Shown piece after piece: positions 11,943-24,726 of a stretch of DNA of 64,000 nucleotides. The DNA is taken from the NCBI GenBank assembly GCA_964188305.1, contig OZ076903.1. The stretch is one strand, 5' to 3'. The DNA comes from Podarcis bocagei. Lineage: Eukaryota. The translations under genes and the position numbers were made by a program. The stretch's first letter is position 1. Each line of letters opens with the position of its first letter. The notes beneath the pieces are model-generated. The model made no database searches. It was not told the DNA's origin and saw only the letters and a program-made list of their open reading frames with translations.

Positions 11943-12763
11943 TAACTGAAATTGTTTTAGTTGTGCATGAACAATAGGTCATTAACAAATAAATAATATG
12001 TAAAACTTTGTAAATAGACTTTTTTTATTGGATAACCCAAACTGATTCCATTGATATTTTTGAAACTGAAGAAAGTGGATGTGGAACTGGAAATTTCTAT
12101 TATAATATACAGATTTATTTTTGCATCTTATGCAACTGTCTGTAGCTAATTTTGAATACACATCTGCTGATCATACAATCAGAATCCTGTAACTTCCTAT
12201 GAAAGTCACCACTGGAAGAACTGAAACTTCTTTTTCATATAATTTGATCAGCACATTAGGCACTCCATTGGCAGCTTAATTGGTGGGGACCCTTGAACAA
12301 TGTATATTTATCACCTTGCAGAACTGTTCCCACTTCTAGGGGATTAGCATTGGCAATCTAGTATTCTAGAGAGAACTTCCCTTTTTTAATGTGACATAAT
12401 ACAGTAAAGCATACTCTCCATCCCAACCCCAACACGCCACCATTTATTGAAGAATAAGAGTATCTTAAGTCAGTGGCGTGTACACCTGGAGGGCTACAGG
12501 TTTCCTGTTCCTGCTTTAGTACCCCTTTCATCAGTGCTGTGCTACTCCTTCCTTTAAAAAATGAAGTCTCTCTTTCTTATAATCAGAATTTTTAAAAATT
12601 TAAAAATTAAGCTTGCAGGTTAAAGAATATTCTAAATCTGTGTCTGTACAGCAATTCTGCAAAAAGAAATATTTTGGTCCTTTTTTCTAGGATGGGGAAT
12701 TCAAAATATTATAAAACTGTTCTCTATTGGGCTTGGTTGGAAGGGACATAAAGTTGCCGCCTT

Positions 12764-12880
12764 GCTGAAGCAAAGCAGGGCTGTTGTTGTCTGATCAGTG
12801 CCTGGATGGGAGACAGTTTTGGGGTCCCATGGATGCTACCTTGGTTTACATGACAGAAGGAAAGTGGGATAGATTTGTCA
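12764..12880 (+). mobile_element. 5S rRNA-derived short retroposon (SINE3-like), degraded
   Basis: gaagcaaagcaggg...cagtgcctggatgggagac resembles the 5S internal control region (gaagctaagcaggg...tagtacttggatgggagac). Confidence 0.5.
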
Positions 12881-13668
12881 TAATTTAAATAATGTGGTTT
12901 CTGCTGATTCTGTTGTATACTGAATTACCTAATTTGTGTTTTAGCATACACTGTAGTTTATTTGTTCTTTATTTTGATCTCTGTTAGCATCTCATTTAAA
13001 ACAATTTTTAAAAGAACTGGATTTTAAATAACCTTATGCAGGACAAGTGAGTACAAAATATATTTCCTGTTGAAAGGAGTTATTCAGGCAGCTTCTCATG
13101 TTACCAGTACACAGCCAATTACTAATTGCCAGTATTAATTACTACTATCTCTTTTTGTAGAAGGATAACTATGGAAAGTCTACACAATTACTATTCTCCT
13201 TTTTGACTCTAAAAATAAGCACAAGTACTTAAAGGAAATCTTAGCAATTTAAAAACATAATTTTAATGCAGTTTTCTAAGTGTGTGGATGTATTTAACTT
13301 TATTTTCCCCCCACTATACAAGGGAACAACCCATGGGTGTAGCCGGGGGGGGGCAGGGAGGGGCAGCTGCCCCCTCCTAAATCAATAAAAATACATAGCT
13401 AGCTGAGTTTCTGCCCCCCCCATCTTGACCAGTCCCCTGTTGCTTGCCCCAGTACACTGAACCAGTAAGAAGGACCTGGAAGAGGTCTCCTCCTCCCGCC
13501 CCTAGCCCAGCTCCCTAGGCTGAGACCAGGCCATTCCCTCTCCCTCCTCAGCCTCCTTTGTCCTGCTGAGTTTGGGAGTTATGGGGTCATTCCACGCCAA
13601 ATCACCCAGTGCCATGTGCTCTGATGACTTAGATTTTCTCCCAAGAAAAATTATGTGTAGATAGTTAT

Positions 13669-13976
13669 GGTAAAGGTAAAGGGACCCCTGACCATTAGGT
13701 CTAGTCGTGGCAGACTCTGGGGTTGCGGCGCTCATCTCGCTTTATTGGCTGAGGGAGCCGGCGTACAGCTTCCGGGTCATGTGGCCAGCATGACTAAGCC
13801 GCTTCTGGTGAACCAGAGCAGTGCACGGAAATGCTGTTTATCTTCCCGCTGGAGCGGGACCTATTTCGAACTGCTAGGTGGGCAGGAGCTGGGACTGAGC
13901 AATGGGAGCTCACCCTGACCTTCTGATTGGCAAGTCCTAGGCTCTGTGGTTTAACCCACAGCGCCACCCACGTCCC
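13669..13976 (+). mobile_element. Sauria SINE with internal deletions
   Basis: ggtaaaggtaaagggacccctgaccattagg...gctcatctc...ggccagcatgactaagcc...ttaacccacagcgccacc. Confidence 0.9.
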
Positions 13977-13989
13977 AAGATGAGATAAC

Positions 13990-14720
13990 CTCAAATCAAT
14001 TTTTAAGGATTTTTTGGTCCAAAATTGGGCACAGGAGATTTTTTTTTTATTTTTTTTTCAATATTCGCGCAATATAGGCTAATGCAATTTCTGCGTCAGT
14101 TTAGAAAAAACCTCCCGTTTCGCTTATTTTTCAACCAATTGGGCTTATTTTGGTATCAAAATAAAGCTAATTGTGGTCTCTTTCAAAAGAAGGCATACGA
14201 ATGGTATTAAGTGCCACAGAAAAAGGTCATCAACCATTCAAAGTGAATATTTGTCATTCCCGGTAGGTTTGATAAGCCATTGTGCGCAAACCACAACTAA
14301 CACGTGTATCATACTTTTGTGTGTATTTGTGTAGAATGGGCAAACCATGTATTTGTTATGTTTTAAAAATAAAGAGGGTGTTTTTTGTGGTTATAAAATA
14401 GATTTTGAAGTAATTTTTTTGATTTTGTACATGTTTAAGGTCTCTTTGAGCCTGAAATAACTCACACATTTGTGAGGATAGTTAAAATTGTACCCTCTTA
14501 TGTTACAGTGTCATCTGATATATCTTAAAAATTAAGTTTTATTGATTATTTAATAAAACAAAATACGTCTCAGAGATCCTTGTTCATTTTATTGTGTAAA
14601 ACAGTTCTGCAATGATATGGTCAAAGCTATTTTGTTTCCCATACAAGTAATACGGTCAAGGAATCTGTTTTGACCACTGTATGCAATACGACCTTTCTGA
14701 ATCAGCAAGAAAAAAAGTAT
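13990..14720. mobile_element. AT-rich DNA-transposon remnant (Chapaev/CMC-like?)
   Basis: Distinct composition with motifs ttttggtatcaaaataaagc and cgacctttctgaatcagca reminiscent of old DNA transposon ends; family not confirmed. Confidence 0.3.
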
Positions 14721-14779
14721 TTGTTTATTTGTTTACTTTAAAAACGTCTAACAAGTTTCTTGTGAATGAAAGCAAAGGA

Positions 14780-14965
14780 TTCAGTGCAGATTTCTGAGCG
14801 GAGGTGTTCTGTGCTCATTGGGTGTCCCTCCTGTCAGCAACCCTGCGGCCGTGCTCTGCACTCGGGCTGTTTCCGGGTCAAGCCCAAGGGAAGTCCCACT
14901 CGGAGTGCATTGCAGTAAACCAATCTTGAAATCACGACTGCCTGAACTGCTCTGGTCAAGCTCTC
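14780..14965 (-). mobile_element. Old L2 ORF2 C-terminal fragment
   Basis: Minus strand gives RVQSTAAGLLTG...HRTPPLRNLH and an SRLxYCN-like stretch. Confidence 0.6.
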
Positions 14966-15283
14966 CTGGTCCAGGAATGGCCATCGCTTTCAGGATAGGC
15001 GCCATTGCCCGGATTGGCTGGGGGAACTCATATAAACAATAAAATTATTGTTATTATCTAGCTATTGAGACAGACCTGGATCTGCAAGCACTCCCAGGCT
15101 GCATACCTGAAACCCATCCAGGACAGGCAACTGACCAGTTTCTCTGATACATCTATGAAATGCTAAGCCATTTAGTTTATTTATTTCATATTTATAAAAT
15201 ACTTCCCCAGTTCTCATAAAGGTTTTATTGTTGATCTTAGTAATCCATTTGTTTTATAGAATAGGAAATTAGTGCTTTGTATT

Positions 15284-15284
<1 letters not shown>

Positions 15285-15328
<44 letters not shown>
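15285..15328 (+). repeat. (GT)22 microsatellite
   Basis: Seen directly. Confidence 0.95.
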
Positions 15329-15332
<4 letters not shown>

Positions 15333-15578
15333 ATGCACTCACTCACTCACACAAAGACACTGCTTAAAAAAATTAAGAATTACGCTGTTCAGAAACAAAT
15401 CCACCATATGAAAATCTGGCCATTCACATTTACATAGGCAAGTTATTTTTAAAAGTCCCTTCTATAAGATCACTTCCTAGCTAGAGATATTTTTCTTGGG
15501 AGGAAAAAAAGCAAAGCAACCTTCTTTAGGGAAGCTTTTAATGTTTAACAGATTACTGTATTTTAATACTTTGTTGGA

Positions 15579-16190
15579 ATTATTATTATTATTATTATTT
15601 GGTGATCCCTCGTAGCCGAGTAAGATTGTCTTCCATGAACACTGTCTTAACAGTAAGTCTGTACTTGACTGTGGAGGCCAATTCTGGATCCACACATCCT
15701 TCCACAGTGGGGACATTGGTTTCCGAGTGGGAGTTGATCACGGTGAGGGTTTGCCAAGCATGCCTTCCTCTTAGCACATTTCTCCCTTTTGTCCTGAGTT
15801 TGAGCGTCTTCAAAGCCCATGACACCTTTGGTCAAGGCTGTTCTCCAGTTGGAGCGCTCGCAGGCCAGTGCTTCCTAGTTGTCAGTGTTTATACTACACT
15901 TTTTTAGATTTGCCTTGAGACAAGTCTTTAAACCTCTTTTGTTGACCCACCAGCATTACGTTTTCCATTTTTAAGTTCGGAATAGAGTAGTTGCTTTGGA
16001 AGACGATAATCAGGCATCTGCACAACATGACCAGTCCAACAAAGTTGAGGCTGAAGAATCATTGCTTCAACACTTGTGATCTTTGCTTCTTCCAGTACAC
16101 TGGCTTTAGTTAATTCACCTGTGTTCCCAAGTGATACGTAAAATTTTTCGGAGACACCATTGTTGGAGTGTTTTGAGGACTTGGAGATAG
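15579..16190 (-). mobile_element. RTE-clade LINE 3' fragment with C-terminal zinc finger and (TAA)n tail
   Basis: Minus-strand CPHCGRMCGSRIGLHS; upstream L(C)WTGHVVQMPDYRLPKQLLYSEL-like RTE sequence; (taa)n at 15579-15600. Confidence 0.8.
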
Positions 16191-17118
16191 CTTGATGTCT
16201 TGAAAGTAAATTACAGGCATGTATGTTTTTGTACTGAATTGTACTGAATTAAGAACATGTGACATCATTTTGTGCAGACATTAAAGTAGATGCAGTGTAA
16301 CAAGATTTTGCAAACTGTAGTGTTTGGAATAGCAAATTAGTTGCTGATGAAAGTGCTTGCTAAAAATAGTTACTATTAAGATGGCATATTTGCACTGTGT
16401 GATTTGCTAGGTAATTGATGGATCAGATTGTTAAACCATTCATTCTGGTATGCGCAGCACAGAAGACAGAAGGAGCCCTACTGTGCATCTAGAGCGTATT
16501 AAATAACCCTGAACAACTTTTGCAAAGAACATTGGGGGAAGATAAATTTTGTAATAAATGCTGTGTTCTAAACACTATTTCTTAAATTGAAGAAATGCTA
16601 ATCTTGTCACAATCAGCAGCTGGGTTACTGCAATATTATTTTCCTCTCTTAGAGGTTAATTAGGCTTCTTTCAAAATGTGCCCTATTTATCTGTAGATTC
16701 ACATGATTCAGCTAGTGCTGGTTGTATAAAGCAGACCCGTTAACAGGCGGGTGTGTCCAACTGCTTAATTAGCCAGAATAAAAAGGTCCTTTGTCAAACA
16801 AGCATCTGTTGTTGGTGACACACCTGACAGTCACATTAGGCAAGGATGGCTAGACGGAAGTTGGGCCCGTCTCTCCTTCCGTCATATACAGTTCATTTCC
16901 ATAGGGGCAGTGTTCTTATAAGGCAGCAGAGGGCTATTTAGTTTTTCAGAAGAGATTAATCTGACTGCCTTTGTTGTGTGATAAGCAAATCACTTGAAAA
17001 GAGCACTGTAAAAGTACTATACTACAATTACTTTGAAGCACGACATCTTGGTATCCGTTGATGGATCAAGCAGGTATATGGAAAATGTTGAGCATGCCAC
17101 GTTCTGTCTTCTGCAGTA

Positions 17119-17360
17119 CAGTGGTACCTCAGGTTACATACGCTTCAGGTTACATACGCTTCAGGTTACAGACTCCGCTAACCTAGAAATATTACCTCAG
17201 GTTAAGAACTTTGCTTCAGAATGAGAACAGAAATCGTGCAGCGGCGGCGCAGCGGCACCAAGAGGCCCCATTAGCTAAAGTGGTGCTTCAGGTTAAGAAC
17301 AGTTTCAGGTTAAGAACAGACCTCCAGAACGAATTAAGTTCTTAACCCGAGGTACCACTG
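17119..17360. mobile_element. Tigger/pogo-like MITE
   Basis: TA-CAGTGGTACCTC...GAGGTACCACTG-TA; internal tcaggtta repeats. Confidence 0.9.
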
Positions 17361-18221
17361 TATTACTAGCACACAGAATGTCTTTAACAATCATTGTGAT
17401 ACACACAAAAATAAAGGTAGCCATGTTAGATCCAGAGAAACACCCACTGAAGGGCCATGCCGGAATATTATCTTTCTCCCCCTCCCCGCCAACGTTCCTG
17501 AGCCCCTCCTCAGCCTCTTCTGGAGGCCAGAGATGGTGACCCTGCCAAATGAGGTGGGCTGCAACATAGGGGCTAAGGAAAAGGAGGGTTTGCTGAAAAT
17601 TGGGCACCTTCCACTCTTGAAAGTTGCCTCAACCTGATTTTTAGCAATCCCTCTCCTCTGTAGCATCCTATACAAAACCCACCCCTTTCAGCAGGTCCCC
17701 CAATCCTTAGGGAAGGCTTTTTACCAGGCTAAGGTAGCTACCAAGAAGAAGAATTTTCCATCCATCCCCATCTACTGATGGTTTTCTGGATCTATCGCTT
17801 TAAAAAAAGATCAGTTGATCCAAACAACTGAAAGTGCATGTTGCTATTAGAGTTAAATTTTATGTTTTAATAAGAAATACCAAGAAGGATTTATGGTTTA
17901 GTATTTTGATGTGCTAAAGAAGCCTTCAAAACAATCAAACAGTTAAAATACTATTCAAAATGTAACTTTTTTTGTTACTACAATCAGTCATTTACTTAAT
18001 TAAACTCAGTCATTCATTTCATGACTTTTATTTTTCTTGCTGAAAATGTACAAATTAGAGAAATATGCCTGTATCTGTATTGTCCATGTGCCATCCTTGG
18101 CTGGGAGTGAGGTGAAGAATTCCTGTAAACTCCTCATTACTTTTATTTTATTCTCGGTTTTTAGTCGTGAGTGCCCCTGTGAGCCACCCAACTGTACATT
18201 TCTTAAATGCTGAGCTATGAA

Positions 18222-18620
18222 CGCTTCTGTGATACCGTGGACCATGGTATCCTTCTGGACCATCTAGGGGAGTTGGGAGCCTCATTAGGCAATGGTTTTG
18301 CTTCTTCCTCCTGGGTCATGTCCAGAAAATGGTGTTGGGCGGCGAGTGTTTGGCCCCCTGGGCTCCCACTTGTGGAGTACCTCTCCACCATGCTATTCAA
18401 TGTCTATATGAAGCCACTGGGAGAGATCACCAGGGGGGGTGGGCTGGGTGTTCACCAGGATCCCTACCTCTTCTTTAAATTGGAACCAGCGAAGGTGGTG
18501 AAGGTCCTGTGTGAGTGGAGGCAGTTGGAGGAGGAATGGAGGTTAGCAGATTGAGGTTGAATCCTGACAAGACAGAAGGGCTGTTTCTGGGGGACGGGGT
18601 AGGCAGGAGTCCTGAATGGG
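18222..18620 (+). mobile_element. L2 RT fragment
   Basis: DTVDHGILLDHL...MLFNVYMKPLGEI...LRLNPDKTE; same subfamily as 47993-48945. Confidence 0.8.
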
Positions 18621-18629
18621 GAGTGTGTT

Positions 18630-19545
18630 CCATGCTTTAACTGTGTCTTATATGAAGGAGTTCTTTCTTTTGTCTGACCTGAAGCTTCCAACATTCATAT
18701 TCATTGGATGTCCCCAAAATTCTCGTGTTATGAGAGGGGGAGAAAAGCTTACCTCTGCTTTCTTCGCACCATCCATAATTTGATATACCTCTTATCATCT
18801 CCACGCCGCCCCCCCAAAAAACACACATCTAAACTCAAAAGCCCCCCAATATTCTAACCTTTCCTCACAGGGGAATTGCTCCAATCCTCTGATAATTTTT
18901 GTTCCCCTTTTCTGAACCATTTTGAGCTCTCCAATATCCTTTTTGAGGCAATGGGACCAGCAATGTACGCAGTGCTCCAAGTGCAGTATTGCCATATATT
19001 TATATAACAGTATTATTTTCAGTTCCTTTCCTAATGATCCCTCATATGGAATTCACCTTTTTCGCAGCTGGCACACTTTGGGTTGATATCTTCATGGAGC
19101 TATCCACTACAAACCCAAAATCTTATTCCCAGTCACTAACTACCAGTTCAGACCCCATGAATGTTTTTGTGGAATATAGGGTTATTATTATTATTCATTT
19201 TGTTTTGGCCCAATGTGCATCACTTCACATTTGCTGACGTTGAATTGCATTTGCCATTTTACTGCACATTCACTAAGTTTGGAGAGATCCTTTTGGAGCT
19301 CCTTGCAATCCCTTTTTGTTTTAACCACTCTGAACAATTTGGTATCATCAGTTTGGTATCCAGATCACACTAGATCATTAAAGAACAAGTTAAAAATCCC
19401 AGGTTCAAATATGTGTCCTTGGGAGGGTCCCTGTTTTACATTTCCCCATTATTCATCCCTTTTGTTTCTTCACCAGTTACTGCTCTATAGTCGGACCTCT
19501 TCTCTTCTTCCATGTCTGATAAGCTTCCTCAGGAGTCTGTGGTGA
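18630..19545 (-). mobile_element. CR1 LINE ORF2 fragment
   Basis: LEHCVHCWSHCLKKDIGELKMVQKRGTKIIRGLE..EERL corresponds to the degenerate CR1 motif LEYCVQFWSP..KKD...LE.VQ.RATK. Confidence 0.85.
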
Positions 19546-19668
19546 AGTTCTCACAAGAGGAGGAAGCTGCTGGATTATGAAGGGAACGTGGCCATTTGAA
19601 GTGGCCAGTCTTTAAAAGAGAGCACAACCCTTAACATGCTTATTTTTCAATTTCATGCAGAAACGACA

Positions 19669-19785
19669 ATGCAGACATCAGAGACTGGTTCGGACACAGG
19701 TTCGACAGTGACTTTACAGACTTCTGTAGCTGGCCAAGCAGCCGTGCCCACCCAGGTGGTACAGCAATTACCAGTGCAACAACAG
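19669..19785 (+). CDS. RFX3: RFX3 first coding exon (exon starts 19661, 8 nt 5'UTR): MQTSETGSDTGSTVTLQTSVAGQAAVPTQVVQQLPVQQQ
   Basis: Acceptor tttcatgcag|, ATG at 19669, donor cag|gtaaag; 117 nt, phase 0. Confidence 0.96.
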
Positions 19786-19879
19786 GTAAAGTGCTTGTTT
19801 GTCCGATATGGATGAAACATGGAAAACAAGTCATTTTCGTGCAAAAGCCAAAGTAGTCTCTCTATCCATCTATCTATCT

Positions 19880-20219
19880 AAAGGTAAAGGGACCCCTTAC
19901 CATTAGGTCCAGTCGTGGCCGACTCTGGGGTTGCAGTGCTCATCTCGCTTTATTGGCCGAGGGAGCCGGCGTACAGCCTCCGGGTCATGTGGCCAGCATG
20001 ACTAAGCCGCTTCTGGCAAACCAGAGCAGTGCACCGAAATGCCGTTTACCTTCCGCCGGAGCGGTACCTATTTATCTACTTGCACTTTGACGTGCTTTCA
20101 ATCTGCTAGGTAGGCAGGAGCAGGGACCGAGCAATGGGAGCTCACCCCATCACGGGGATTCGAACCGCCGACCTTCTGATCAGCAAGTCCTAGGCTCTGT
20201 GGTTTAACCCACAGTGCCA
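19880..20219 (+). mobile_element. Sauria SINE, near full length, about 95 bp downstream of the first coding exon
   Basis: aaaggtaaagggacccc...ggcggagcggtacctatttatctact...gggattcgaaccgccgacc; possible TSD atccatcta. Confidence 0.92.
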
Positions 20220-22300
20220 ATCCATCTAGATCACCAAAAAAAGTTCTGTGCTTCAGTTTTACTCCAGCTAAAATGGCCCCCTTACAGCCTTTATTCAGGA
20301 TGTTGCTGCACCTCTTCTCCCCTCAACCTGGCTGCTCCCTCCCCAAACGCAGCCTCCCTACCAGCCTCCTGTCTTCAGCTGCGGAGTCATGGAGTCCAAG
20401 CGCAGGGTTAGAACCATCTGTGTTTATCACAGCTCTGTATGGAGCTCTAGAGGGAGATTCATAATTAGTATGTAAATGGTGTTAGCTTCATACAAAGGCT
20501 GGGTGGGTCAAGGGTTGAAGGAAAATCTTTTAAAAATGCACCCTAATTGGCCCCAGCTTCTCCAGTGTTGGTTCATTCGCAAAATGTGTAGAATGAAGAA
20601 GGGAAGGACTTTGTTCCCTTACAATATTCTAATCCGTGTGTACTAAATCTCATTGTGACATGAAAAGGGGGGCTTCATTGATTTATTGTCTGTTTGTGGA
20701 ATATTGTATGGAGAATGCAAAAGGTTTATGTTTAGTATGGGAGACCAAAACAGGCAAAGAAATGAATGAAAATAAGTGAAGGCTTGTGAAGGACCCCACC
20801 TTAAAAAACCATTTTGACTTCATGAAGCTTCTCTGAAGGTCTTTCTTGGGTGACATTGGACTCTGGTTCACTTAACAAAAATCAATAAATCCTCTTTGCT
20901 GGAGGGATGTGGGAATCTTGGAACCTTTTTCCATGCTAGGCAGAATACCAGGGTCTTTGATACCATTTCTAAAATAATTGAACAACAACTCTTGCCAAAT
21001 CCAGCTTTAGCGTTCTTTCATTGAACATAGATTATGACCTCATTATTTGACATCAAGATTTAGGGTTTTTTTACCCCCTATTGATAACTGCACGTTTGGT
21101 GAAAGCATCTGTTTGGCATTCTCAGGCTGAGCTACCCTTTTTGGGATGTGACTGTCTCAGAGCGACTCACTAGTCTTAGAAGAGGGGCAGAAGGTATAAC
21201 AAAGAGAAATACCTTTGTGGAAATTTGGTCTCCTGTCTTTTCATATGTAATGGGGAAGAAGATAACAATTCTCACCCAGCAACTACTCAGATTTGTCTTA
21301 TATTAGCCATTAATACCTTAGGAATATGCATGAAATGACACTACATGCTCAATGTAATGTTAGTTGTGGAGATTGTATTACATAACTAGACTTGTACCCA
21401 GTTTTTGTTGTTAAGAGTTTTATTATTCTCTACATGTTTTTGCTACTTGAAAAAATACAGTATTTAGTCTGCTTTATTTGAAAGTGCTATAATTAAAATT
21501 TCAAACTGGATTTAAAAATCTGAATGAATCGAGCTGGTTTAGCTTCTCTCAGTCTTCTGTTTGAAAAGCATATTGTCTGGAGCAATACCTTCCCTTGTAT
21601 AATGCTTCGTTTTTCTCATTCAGGGTGGCTTTTAATTTTGCGCTGAATGTTTTTATCCACTTTTGATGTTGTTGACAAACATTGAATAGCAGCATGCTGT
21701 ATAAATTGATGCTCCATTTGTTCCTGTGAGGCAGCAGATTTTACAGACGCATGTAATTTGTTTTGTTATGCCTTTCTTCTGCAAATGACAATGAAAATAA
21801 TGACTAATAAAAGACAGCGTTTTGAGAGGCGTTTCTTCAGCTACCACACTGTGATCTCTTTTGCCTCATCTGCCCTCGAGCCCTTGCTGTTCAACTGGAT
21901 ATCTCAGTGCTCAAAGGAAACTCTTACAGTTGTGTGTTGCGTCTTTCCTTACTCTCTTGGAAACCCGCCAGAGGGTCAGGCTTGAAAAGTTGAATGGTGT
22001 GCTGACCTTGGTCACCAACTTACATTCTGATATTTCAACCTTTTCATTTTGGTTCATTTGTTCAACATTTTCTATAACCTCATGGAAACGGCTTGTGGTC
22101 GTTAAACGGGAATCTAAGACTGAAACGCAGGTTAGGTTCCTAAATGTGCTGGATCATTAATTCTGATGTCTCCATTTTAAAAAGAGGGGCTGAATTGGGA
22201 TGTGTGCCACATCTTTCCTGACCTTGAAAATGGGTGCAGGAGCTTTAACTTGAAACATAGAATGGTGTCCTGCACATATTTACCAGTGGTTACTGTAATA

Positions 22301-22436
22301 CAGGCTTCCTCAACCTCAGCCCTCCAGATGTTTTTGGCCTACAACTCCCATGATCCCTAGCTAGCAGGACCAGTGGTCAGGGATGCTGGGAATTGTAGTC
22401 TCAAAACATCTGGTGGGCCGAGGTTGAGGAAGCCTG
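22301..22436. mobile_element. Palindromic hAT MITE
   Basis: TIR CAGGCTTCCTCAACCT; the whole element folds back; TSD ctgtaata/ctctaata. Confidence 0.88.
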
Positions 22437-23531
22437 CTCTAATATCTCCATCTTCAAGGCAGATGTCCCATGAGAATGTATTTTGCATTTTCTTTCCCCC
22501 ATCCTTTGAAAACATATGAAGACTATGCTGGTATTCAGACTTGAATCATGTATCTGCCCAATTTACTTTTTCTATCTCAATGTTCAACAGAGTTTCCGCA
22601 TTACGTAAGTAGGGACTTTCCGGCTAAGTGGAGAGTGCTCCTCCAAATTGGGTTTCTTTAGAAAATAAAGAACCAGTGAAGATGAGCTAAAGATTTACCT
22701 GCAGCACTTCTTACCTTCAGGGATACTTCTCATATAATACAGGAACCAACCTGCTTGACCCTCTTCTCTTGGGGGGCATCAGTGGGGAGCACAGTCACTG
22801 TCAGTTTTTGGCACTGGCGTTTCTTGCTCTGTTCACTTGTCTTGCTTGAAGGGCTGTCGCTTCTTTCGTTTCTCCTCTGCTGTCTTCCATTTGTCGGCTT
22901 GCTGCTTTTGAAAACCTGGTGACATTTTTGTCTTAATCAGAGTCCCCCCTGCTCAGTTTTTAATTCTCATTCTACTCTCATTTCTATTCCATGTAGGTTT
23001 TCCTGCATCACATCTTCTTGTAGGGGGTCTTTGAACTGTCATTTGGTGTTCAATAAATCTGAAGTTTTTAGGATCTTTTTATTTCAAAACATGTTTCTTT
23101 TTGCTGGAAAGAAAGAAGATAACTTGGTTATCTTCTTTTGAAACAGTTACCCCTGCTGCTCTTTCTTTTGGTATTTCTTTTTGACATTCTGCTTTCCCTG
23201 ACGACTGTGGTGGTGAGGTTGATCTTGTTCTTTCATTATCTTGCCAGTCTTGTAGTGCTCACTTTTTCCTTTGTAAATTCAGGTTATTTATCTTTCCTTG
23301 CTGCTGTTTACTGTACCATTGGATGTCTTCCTTTTTTGCATTTGGGTTTTGACCTTAAATGGCATAGGAAGCTGCATTATACTGATTCTGACCCCTAGTC
23401 CATCCAGAGGTGCCAACAGGATTGTTTGGGCCTCATAAACTGTGTGTTGACTGGGTCTCCTGCTGCACTTACAAAACACACACATTTGCATAAGATTTAA
23501 ACACTGTTTATGTTCTACTGCTTAGGAGTGC

Positions 23532-24102
23532 CTAGCTGTGCCCAGGAATTCAAAGAAATGGGTTTTTATATGAGTAGTGTTTTTGTGAGTTTTAGGGCTA
23601 TGTGCTCTCACACACTATGCCAAGGCTCCAACCTAACCCAGGAAATGCTTGACACAACCCCAGTTGGGGGAGATGCTAATGTTTAATTGTGGTCCACCAT
23701 ATTGATTCAACATGGCATCAAGCATCCAAAAGTAGATGAAGACCACCTCATTAACCTTCATGCAGACTTGGGCAACAATATCTTCAGAACCATCCATATT
23801 GGTGCAGGTTGGGCCTGTGATGCCAAATTTGTCAAAATCACAACAAATGGGGTAACAGTATCTTCAGAGGTGTCAAAATCAATGCAGTTTGGACCAGTCA
23901 TGCCAAAAATCAGGCAATGGCATACCAAACTCATGTTTCAGTCCACCATCTTGGTTCAGAATGGCAGCAGGTGGCCCAGTGTTGATGAAAATCCATGCTC
24001 CTGTGTCAGAAATCCCAGTGCCAAGTTCAGCGGCAATATCTTGAGAGGCATCAGATTCATAGAGAACACACAGACAAATCAATTCCAAAAATAAATAGTA
24101 GA
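23532..24102 (-). mobile_element. Possible non-autonomous Helitron-like element
   Basis: Minus strand begins A|TCtactattt and ends ...gggcacagCTAG; repeated gccaaatt/cataccaaa/gtgccaagtt motifs. No clear 3' hairpin and the 3' flank is not T. Confidence 0.35.
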
Positions 24103-24445
24103 TGCAATTTTGTACCCTCTTTTGCAGATGGGAATGGAGGGCCCAAAAATAAATTGAACCCCACAAACAGGTAATAAGATGTACTGACGCTTAGACTGAC
24201 AATAGGTGAAGCTTTCTATGTAATTGTATTTCTCCACAATAAAAGTCTTGTCCTGCTTAATTTCTGCCTTCCACACAGCTGTAAAAGGCACAAGAGCACA
24301 TCTCTCCCCAGTGCCAACCCTAAACAATGTGAAGGACTCAAGTTAGGGTAAGAACAATAACAGTAACAAAACATTTTGGCAGTTTGATAATAGATTTTAA
24401 AGGAAAAATATTTAAAACGACCACCTGTAGCTAAATAAATGTAAT

Positions 24446-24726
24446 GAATCCCCGTGATAGGGTGAGCTCCCATTGCTCGGTCCCTGCTCCTGCCAACCTA
24501 GCAGTTCGAAAGTACGTCAAAGTGCAAGTAGATAAATAGGTACCACTCCAGCAGGAAGGTAAACGGCGTTTCCGTGCGCTGCTCTGGTTCGCCAGAAGCG
24601 GCTTAGTCATGCTGGCCACATGACCCGGAGGCTGTACGCCGGCTCCCTCGGCCTATAGAGCGAGATGAGCGCCACAACCCCAGAGTTGGCCACGACTGGA
24701 CCTAATGGTCAGGGGTCCCTTTACCT
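24446..24726 (-). mobile_element. Sauria SINE, 3'-truncated
   Basis: Reverse complement closely matches 19880-20160. Confidence 0.92.

Noticed and set aside
22690-23400. Purine-rich minus-strand stretch resembling a processed pseudogene or LINE ORF1
   Set aside because: Stops in the frames tested and no recognisable protein.
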